A stretch of DNA of 64,000 nt, taken from sequence record ON529851.1. One strand, given 5' to 3'. How positions within the stretch are numbered: position 1 is the first letter of the stretch; each line of letters starts with the position of its first letter. Below, in pieces: positions 28,315 to 34,489 of this stretch. The position numbers and the translations under genes are program-made. The notes beneath the pieces were generated by a model. It had not been told where the DNA came from. It saw only the letters and a list, made by a program, of their open reading frames with translations, and did no database searches.

Positions 28315-28493
28315 TCGTCTTATAGCAGTGACGCCCCGTCCCCGCAACCGGAAAATGCCGACTATGTCTAAAATCCCGACACTTCCCGTTCAATTTGACA
28401 AGAAAATAGAGGATTGAACTTTATGTTAAGTCGTGCTACGCTCTTCGAGCGGCCGACATCAGTGCGCCGCGTCCTGCCAACGGAGACAACCAA

Positions 28494-29231
28494 ATGCTAC
28501 ACAGTGTTCATGGCGCCGTTCCCAAGCTTAAGCGCTGGTGCGGACCTTCCGCCATTTCCATCATTACCGGGCAGCCCTATCACCATGCTCTGGCGTTGCT
28601 CAAAGACGTCAAGGCGTCCAGGCGTACTTACCGCATCACGAAGGAGCCCGTCATCAAGGGCGCCTCGTCGCCAAGCGTGCGCACCGTCCTGAAGGACCTG
28701 GGCTACCGGACGACGCGGCGGGTGACGCCCTCAGGCGTCACCGTCGCGGCCTGGCTGGCGTCCCGACGACCCGACGACCTGTTCACGACCTTCCTGATCG
28801 TGGCGGCCAATCACTGGATGGTGGTGCGCGGCGACGAAGCCTGCTGCGGCATCCTCGGGACGCCGACGCCGGTCGAGCGCATGAAGTTCCGGCGCGGCGT
28901 CGTCACCGAGTGCTGGGTGGTTGAGGCGTCCGCGCAGGGCGTGGCGCCGATCGTCACCGAGGTGCGGGCCAAGCCGAGGGCGGCGGCGTCCGCCTGGGAC
29001 CGGCGTGAAGCGCGCGACCGCCGCGCTTTCGCCAAGCTGGCGCGCCAGCAGGGGTTCACCTACAAGATCGTGCGCGACTGCGACACGATCCGCTACATGG
29101 AAATCGACGCCTGCGGCCCGTTCCCCCAAGGGCTCGCCACCCTGCACCACGACTGGGCGGAGACCCTGGACCGGGTCCGGCACTGTCTGGAGCATCCCGA
29201 GGACGCCGCCGAGGGCAGCTACGGCCGCTGA
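28494..29231 (+). CDS. hypothetical protein, possible papain/C39-like Cys-His fold
   Basis: GGAG RBS; WCGPSAIS...NHWMVV; own promoter TTGAAC-17-TACGCT. Confidence 0.65.
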   Translation: MLHSVHGAVPKLKRWCGPSAISIITGQPYHHALALLKDVKASRRTYRITKEPVIKGASSPSVRTVLKDLGYRTTRRVTPSGVTVAAWLASRRPDDLFTTFLIVAANHWMVVRGDEACCGILGTPTPVERMKFRRGVVTECWVVEASAQGVAPIVTEVRAKPRAAASAWDRREARDRRAFAKLARQQGFTYKIVRDCDTIRYMEIDACGPFPQGLATLHHDWAETLDRVRHCLEHPEDAAEGSYGR

Positions 29232-29238
29232 ATGCAAG

Positions 29239-29270
29239 AGCCCCGACCGAGCGATCGGTCGGGGCTTTTT
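29239..29270. terminator. bidirectional intrinsic terminator
   Basis: AGCCCCGACCGA/TCGGTCGGGGCT stem then TTTT. Confidence 0.9.
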
Positions 29271-29279
29271 CTCGCCGTC

Positions 29280-29455
29280 GTCTGTTTCTCGGCCGGCGCA
29301 GCGTCAGGAGGGTGTGTCGCGAGACCTCCGTCACGGCTCCAGGGCGCTGGGTCCCCTGAAGCAATCCTCACCTGAACCGGGCTTTCCTCCCCAAGGGGCT
29401 GAAGGTGGCGGCGTCCAGGCGACCCTGCGGGGCTCACACGGCAAGGTCGCTTCTT
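29280..29455 (-). ncRNA. candidate ncRNA unit U4
   Basis: non-coding, hairpin-rich; shares CGTGACGG and an ACGCCG loop with U1-U3. Confidence 0.35.
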
Positions 29456-29529
29456 AATGCCAGGCATAGAAGTCGACAGGAGAAAGGGTTTTCCTATTCT
29501 CCAGCATTGGCGTGGTCCGATGTCGATGT

Positions 29530-29730
29530 AGCACAGCCTCTGGCTGCCGTCACGCCTGGTTCCCATTTCTAGGACGGCGTTCTCCTCAGAAGACGGGTCC
29601 GGGTAGACCTCGTGCGGCTCTTCAGCGCCTGACGGAACTCGACGACGTGGTTGCCGGCCGTCTGAACTGGCGTCCCCAAGCGCTCCCAGGGGCATGCCGT
29701 AGGAGTGTGGCAGGGTCCGCCCCACGCTGT
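29530..29730 (-). ncRNA. candidate ncRNA unit U3
   Basis: promoter TTGACT-17-GTATAT; 3' pseudoknot motif GGA-GAACGCCG-TCC...AGGCGTGAC. Confidence 0.6.
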
Positions 29731-29764
29731 GTCAGGATATACGACAATGAAGAGGGGGAAGTCA

Positions 29765-29995
29765 ACACCGCCTCTGGCGGCCGTCACGCCTGGTCGTTCG
29801 TCTCGGGCGGCGTTCCCGTCAGGCCTGATTGTCCCCGGCCGAGGTTTGTTCGGGGGAGCGGTGCGGTCAATCACCCCGACTCACGTTCTCTCGTAACCCG
29901 GCAGTACGGGCTTAAGCGCGCACGAGCGCTGCAAGGCAGTCACGCGGTGGTCCGCCTGTGGTGGGGCTTCAAATCCAGTCGCGCAATCCCCGCCT
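29765..29995 (-). ncRNA. candidate ncRNA unit U2
   Basis: promoter-like TTGACC-17-CATATA; same 3' motif; 27/29 identity with U3 3' end. Confidence 0.6.
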
Positions 29996-30029
29996 ATATG
30001 TCAGGATTGTCGTCAACGGTCAAGATGGT

Positions 30030-30240
30030 AAAGGGCGCTCTCTCCCGGTCACGCCTTGTCCTGATGTCTCAGCCGGCGTTCGCTTCAGACAGTACGGCAT
30101 TCTCGGGGCCGTCCCACTCACCCGCTGTCGTCGGGCCTGTTCCCAGAGGAAGGTCTACCCCAGGACAGATTGCTCCGGAGGCCAGGTCAGGGGCAAACCC
30201 TGTGTGCTGCGCCTAAGGACCTTCAGCAAGCGGAGAGCCT
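30030..30240 (-). ncRNA. candidate ncRNA unit U1
   Basis: begins after rsr terminator; AGC-GAACGCCG-GCT...AGGCGTGAC; CTCTCC/GGAGAG end pairing. Confidence 0.55.
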
Positions 30241-30262
30241 ATCAGGATCAGGGCGAGAGGGC

Positions 30263-30298
30263 AAAGAAAAACGGCCCTGATCTTCAGATCAGGGCCGC
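30263..30298 (-). terminator. terminator of the Y RNA-rsr operon
   Basis: CGGCCCTGATC-TGAA-GATCAGGGCCG then TTTTTCTTT. Confidence 0.9.
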
Positions 30299-30354
30299 AT
30301 CAAACTTACGTTGTAGCGTAATTCCGCACGCGGATTACGAATACCCGTGCCGGA

Positions 30355-31740
30355 TCAGCCGACGACGTTTCCGTCCGAGAAGTCCATCGCTTCGACTTCC
30401 CGGATATAGCGCAGGACGCTCTCCGAGAAGCCGTCGATGTGGACCCACCCGTTGCCGTACCCGACACCATTCTGGTGGCTGGCGACGTTGATCATATAGG
30501 CCTTGTCGGCCTTGGGCGCCGGCAGTCGTCCGCCGCCCATGCCACTGCTCAGGGCGCCGTTCGCCTGTTCGTCAGTGATGACGATCAGTCGGTCGCAGGC
30601 GAACTGGCGGTTCACCACGTCCACGGCCTGGGCCAGGGCGGTGCCGCTGTGCGGCTGCGAACGGATCACCGCCTCGACCCCCGCCATGCCCTTGCGGGCC
30701 GGCACTTCCACGAGGCCGTTGGAGAAGGTCACGACGCGCACGTCGCCCGGCAGGATCGACGCCAGCGTCGCCGCCGCGTCCATCCGGGTCAGGTCCGACT
30801 TTCCGGACAGCTTGTTCCGCATGGAATAGGAGACGTCGACCATGACCACGGTCGATCCCGTGAAGGGTTCGGCCTGGTTGATCGAGGCCACCAGGGCGTC
30901 GTCCAGCGCCCGCTCGAACGAGGGCGCATAGCGCGCCGCCGCCGTGAAGCGGAAGGGCAGGACGCGATCCGCGCCCTTGCGCGCCCGGATCGCGGCGTTG
31001 ACCAGATCGCGATCGACGCCGGCCTGCTCCATGTTGCGCAGGTTGCGCAGCAGGGCGAGGTAGCCCAGCTTGCCGTCGGTCAGCAGACGCGTGAACGTCG
31101 CCTTCTTGTCCGCGCCGCCCGACAGGGCGACTTCCCAGGTGTCGGGCGCCGCCAGTTCGTTGTCGACCAGCTTCTTGTAGAGGGTCTCGCGGTCATCGTT
31201 CGCCGGCTTGGCGTGCGCCAGGAACAGGACGTCGCGCAGACGCACCGACTTGGCCCGATCGTATTTGGCGATCTGGTAGGCGTCGAAGTTGCCGAAGGCC
31301 ATCGACAGGCCCTTCTTCACCTGGGCCGACAACGGCGCCTTCTTGCCGTTCGAGCGCAGCGGGTTCAGCGCCCAGTAGAGGGCCAGGAACTCGCTCAGTT
31401 CGTCAGCGCGCTGAATGACGCGCGCGATGGTGAGCGACACCAGGGCCGAACCTGAGCCGCGCTGGGCCAGCACGACGAGCAGCAGAAGGGGAACGTGACG
31501 CAGCTTGGCGTCCTCGCGGGCCTCGACGGCGATCTGGGCGAGGGTCTCGACCGGAACCTCCTTGGCGAGGCTCTGGATACGGTCGGCGATCGACACGCCG
31601 CTCTCGTAGAAATTGTCTTCCCAGAGCAGGCAGGACATGACCGACCGGCGCAGGGCCTGCGTCTTGGTCATCCGATCGGCCGGCGCGCCTTCATGAGTTC
31701 GCGCGGTGGTCGCTTTGGGCTTTGCGTTGATCGACGCCAT
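30355..31740 (-). CDS. rsr: Ro60/Rsr-like TROVE + vWA RNA-binding protein
   Basis: THEGAPA, LRRSVMSCLLWEDNFYESG, KYDR..VRLRDVLFLAH, TWEVALS, LLRNLRNM, VLPFRF; vWA DVSYSM, GT, ITDEQ; AGGAGG RBS. Confidence 0.93.
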   Translation of the reverse strand: MASINAKPKATTARTHEGAPADRMTKTQALRRSVMSCLLWEDNFYESGVSIADRIQSLAKEVPVETLAQIAVEAREDAKLRHVPLLLLVVLAQRGSGSALVSLTIARVIQRADELSEFLALYWALNPLRSNGKKAPLSAQVKKGLSMAFGNFDAYQIAKYDRAKSVRLRDVLFLAHAKPANDDRETLYKKLVDNELAAPDTWEVALSGGADKKATFTRLLTDGKLGYLALLRNLRNMEQAGVDRDLVNAAIRARKGADRVLPFRFTAAARYAPSFERALDDALVASINQAEPFTGSTVVMVDVSYSMRNKLSGKSDLTRMDAAATLASILPGDVRVVTFSNGLVEVPARKGMAGVEAVIRSQPHSGTALAQAVDVVNRQFACDRLIVITDEQANGALSSGMGGGRLPAPKADKAYMINVASHQNGVGYGNGWVHIDGFSESVLRYIREVEAMDFSDGNVVG

Positions 31741-31782
31741 GATGGGTCCCCTCCTAAGTGTCTGTCGGCAGGATGACCTTGA

Positions 31783-31937
31783 GGTTGGGGAGGAAAAGTC
31801 GAAAACCCTTTCATACCGGTGCGTCTACCGTTTCCGCCACCCGCGCATTGTGGCGCGCGAGCCAGGACTTGAACCTGGAAGCCCTTGACGGGCGCCGGTT
31901 CCAGACGAAGTATGGGCTCTCTGCGCCATCCCCGACC
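31783..31937 (-). ncRNA. Y-RNA-like element D: permuted class II (Leu-like) tRNA mimic with internal GCCA
   Basis: ACCGG, V-arm GCCC-GTCAA-GGGC, T arm CCAGG-TTCAAGT-CCTGG, CTCGCGC-GCCA-CAAT-GCGCGGG, TG, D arm GCG-GAAACGGTAGA-CGC, CCGGT; outer stem GGTCGGGGA/TCCCCAACC. Confidence 0.85.
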
Positions 31938-31957
31938 TCGCGGTCAGTGAACTCTCC

Positions 31958-32095
31958 GGCGCTCTGGTAGGAAGGCGGGGGAACATACGCAGCCGGATAG
32001 CGGGATCGAACCGCGAGACCGGGGGTTTGAATCCCGGCTTATCAACCAGCGATGTAACCGACCGCTTTCACCACCCGCCCACCAACCAGGGCGCC
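31958..32095 (-). ncRNA. Y-RNA-like element C: non-permuted degenerate tRNA-like core (UCA loop) in a long closing stem
   Basis: outer GGCGC-CTGGT/ACCAG-GCGCC and GGCGGG/CCCGCC; GGTGGTGAAAG motif; T arm GCGG-TTCGATC-CCGC; loop ATTCAAA. Confidence 0.7.
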
Positions 32096-32108
32096 GGAAA
32101 AGCAGAAA

Positions 32109-32259
32109 CATGAAGGCGGTGGGGGAATAAGCGACCCCACTCTTTTTTAGGCGTGCTACCGTTACACCAAACGCCGCTAGGCGACGTTGCGGAATCGAAC
32201 CGCTCATCCCGCTCCACATGCGATGAAAGTGACGTCTGTCGCCACCCACCGCCTTCATG
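32109..32259 (-). ncRNA. Y-RNA-like element B: permuted tRNA mimic
   Basis: 15-bp perfect outer stem CATGAAGGCGGTGGG; T arm GCGG-TTCGATT-CCGC; AACGTCGC-CTA-GCGGCGTT; D arm GTGT-AACGGTA-GCAC. Confidence 0.85.
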
Positions 32260-32269
32260 CTGTTGGTCC

Positions 32270-32445
32270 AGAAGCGTATGGTGGATCGACAGGGGAACCG
32301 GCGGAAAGGCGCCGTTTGGACTATCGTTCTAACCAACTGAACTACCGCCGCGCCCGAGGGTGCGCCGGGTGGGACTCGAACCCACGACCTACAGTGTGCG
32401 AAGAATGCCTCTCCTTCACCACCTGTCGACCCGCCATACGCTTCT
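32270..32445 (-). ncRNA. Y-RNA-like element A: permuted tRNA mimic with bulged helix
   Basis: 12-bp outer stem AGAAGCGTATGG; GTCGACAGG/CCTGTCGAT; GGTGG[T]GAAGG/CCTTTCCGCC; ACTGT-AGGTC-T arm GTGGG-TTCGAGT-CCCAC; D arm GTTC-AGTTGGTTA-GAAC; ATAGT. Confidence 0.88.
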
Positions 32446-32464
32446 CGACCCTGTCCGCGACAGT

Positions 32465-32580
32465 CCCGAGGACTGACCCCGCAGAGAACCGGAGTTCCCT
32501 TGCGGGGTCAAGTCGTCCGGGAATAGGCGGAACCGAGAGCGGGGCCAAGGCCCCAACGTACCAAAAACGAAGAACTCGGT
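32465..32580 (-). ncRNA. 5' leader hairpins of the Y RNA array
   Basis: TGACCCCGCA/TGCGGGGTCA 10-bp stem; ACCGAG/CTCGGT enclosing GGGGCC/GGCCCC. Confidence 0.4.
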
Positions 32581-32625
32581 CCCTGTCGCCACGGACAATG
32601 ACTGTGTGCCCGATCCCGTTCATTG

Positions 32626-32643
32626 TGTCAACAACGACGACAG
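32626..32643 (-). promoter_or_regulatory. -35 element with CGT box upstream of Y RNA array
   Basis: CTGTCGTCGTTG-TTGACA; -10 not clear. Confidence 0.5.
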
Positions 32644-32663
32644 AAAAAGTTGGGATTTGCGGC

Positions 32664-32696
32664 AAAAAGAAACCCCCGGATCGCTCCGGGGGTTTC
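32664..32696 (-). terminator. terminator after repressor gene
   Basis: GAAACCCCCGGA/TCCGGGGGTTTC stem then TTTTT. Confidence 0.85.
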
Positions 32697-32728
32697 CACG
32701 ACGTCTGACGTCGGCGGGGGTTCCAGGG

Positions 32729-33445
32729 TCAGACGCCGATCTTGCCCACCACCTTGCCCAGCAGGGTGATGCTCTTGGCGGGGACGTCGCGGTGTCCGCG
32801 ACGGTCCTGATCGAAGATGCGGTAGGGGCCGTTGGCGCTGGGGCGGGTGAGGTGGTCGACGCGGACCTCGCCGTCCAGGGCGTAGACGAAGGTGGCGCCC
32901 GTGGGGGTGGGGGTCGCCTCGCGCTGCACGAAGGCCATCTCGCCCGGTTGCAGGTTCTCGGCGAAATCGTCGATCCGGATCAGGGCGAGGGATTCGGTCG
33001 GCACGTCGAACTGGGTTTGCAGCCAGTCGGCGAACATGGGCCAGGCGCGGGCGGCGGTGAAGCCCTTGCGCGGGCCGGCGAACTCGACTTCTTGCAGGGT
33101 GACGAGGTCTTCGATCCCGTCGGCCAGCCATTGCGGCGCGGTTTGCAGCGCCTCGGCGAGGATGTCAGCCTTCTGGGTGCCGAACGCCAGCCACTCCGGC
33201 GAACATTGCAGGGCCTCGGCCAGGGTGACGATCTTCTCGATGTCCGGCAGAACGTCCCCGGTCTCGTACATGCAGTAGGCGGAGCGGGACAGGACCTTCC
33301 ACTCGGCCTGGCGGCGGTTGTAGAATCTGATCTTGGCCGCAACCTCGGCCTGGGACATGTCCAGTTCCATGCGGCGCGACGTCATGCGCTCCTGCATGGT
33401 GGTGGGGTTATCGATCATTCCCTTGAGCGACCCCTTGCGATGCAT
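32729..33445 (-). CDS. XRE-family HTH / S24-like repressor
   Basis: RRMELDMSQAEVA...YETG..P..EKIVTLAEALQCSPEWLAFG; C-terminal S24-like beta domain; AAAGGA RBS at 33445. Confidence 0.8.
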   Translation of the reverse strand: MHRKGSLKGMIDNPTTMQERMTSRRMELDMSQAEVAAKIRFYNRRQAEWKVLSRSAYCMYETGDVLPDIEKIVTLAEALQCSPEWLAFGTQKADILAEALQTAPQWLADGIEDLVTLQEVEFAGPRKGFTAARAWPMFADWLQTQFDVPTESLALIRIDDFAENLQPGEMAFVQREATPTPTGATFVYALDGEVRVDHLTRPSANGPYRIFDQDRRGHRDVPAKSITLLGKVVGKIGV

Positions 33446-33844
33446 GGGTCCTTTCTCCTTGAGAACGGCAGACTTAATAGGGCGGGTCGCTTCCAGCGTG
33501 CTCGGCATCTCTTATAGTCCTCTTCTTAGGCGACCGGTCCCCCGGCCTGCGGCGCCATGTCAACAGCGGTAACCGCGACTGACAGGAATGGTTGCAGAGG
33601 CTTGTATCGATTGTCTGGCAACGAATCAACGCCAGACAACGAAAAAACCCCGGCGACACGCGATATAGGCGCTGTCACCGGGGCTTCAACCATCAGTCTG
33701 AGGCGATCTTGTGTCCGAGCCGATTCCCTTAAAAGCCCGTCAGATCACAGATATTGGTGTTTTTCTTGACGCCTACCGCCAGCCATCCTCACAGGAATGG
33801 GGTGCGACACTCTGTCGCACCTTTATCCACGCAACTCTGCGCGA

Positions 33845-34489
33845 TCAGGCTTGACCGGTAGACCCGAATCCGCCTTCGCCGCGCCGAGTCGGGCTCAGCG
33901 TCTCGACTTCGACCCAGCGCGCCTGGATGACGGGCGACACCACCGCCTGGGCGATTCGATCCCCACGCTGGATCGGGAACGGCTCCTCGCCCGCGTTGAA
34001 CAGGATGACCTTGATCTCGCCGCGATAGTCGGCGTCGATCGTGCCGGGCGCGTTCAGGACGAAGACGCCGTGCTTGGCCGCCAGCCCCGAGCGCGAGCGC
34101 ACCTGGAGTTCGTAGCCGGCGGGGATGGCGACATTGAACCCGGTCGGCACCAGGACCCGCTTGCCGGGCTGGAGGTAGATGTCGGCGCCCGCCTTGATCG
34201 CCGCGCGCAGGTCCATGCCGGCCGCCTGGGCGGTCTCATAGGCCGGCATGGGGAGATCGACGCCGTAAGGCAGGGCGACGAACTCGATCGGCACGGCCCT
34301 GTCGAGGCCTTGCAGGTAGAGCGCCGCGTCGTGCCAGGTCATCCGCGTGCCCGACGGCAGGACGACGGCGTCTTGCTCGCCGTAGCCGACATGGATGTTG
34401 TCGAAACCAGCGGCGACGAACTGGCGCCGCAGGGCCTCGGCCGCCTCATGGCGACCGGACCGCACGTACTGGATCAGGACTTCGCTCAC
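33845..34489 (-). CDS. dut: trimeric dUTPase with ~70-aa N-terminal extension
   Basis: AGMDL, RSGLA, GTIDADYRGEI, RIAQ, RGEGGFGSTG. Confidence 0.95.
   Translation of the reverse strand: MSEVLIQYVRSGRHEAAEALRRQFVAAGFDNIHVGYGEQDAVVLPSGTRMTWHDAALYLQGLDRAVPIEFVALPYGVDLPMPAYETAQAAGMDLRAAIKAGADIYLQPGKRVLVPTGFNVAIPAGYELQVRSRSGLAAKHGVFVLNAPGTIDADYRGEIKVILFNAGEEPFPIQRGDRIAQAVVSPVIQARWVEVETLSPTRRGEGGFGSTGQA

Noticed and set aside
29282-29330. U4 shares CGGAGGTCTC and GAAACAGACG with the tmRNA acceptor piece
   Set aside because: No T arm, CCA or tag frame in U4; not enough to call a second tmRNA
29370-29395. GGGGAGGAAAGCCCGG resembles RNase P RNA conserved region I
   Set aside because: No matching CR-V/P4 partner (ACAGAA..CGGCUUA) in the right place, and the unit is too short
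29555-29630. CUGANGA...GAAA hammerhead-like words in U3
   Set aside because: No stem II closing R-Y pair before GAAA; stems I/III absent
29905-29920. GCTTAAGCCC as in pistol ribozymes
   Set aside because: No upstream GGGC loop or P1 hairpin to form the pistol pseudoknot
31783-32445. CRISPR-like periodicity of the A-D array
   Set aside because: No identical direct repeats; units are tRNA-derived with self-complementary ends, and the Cas4-like gene is a stand-alone phage exonuclease
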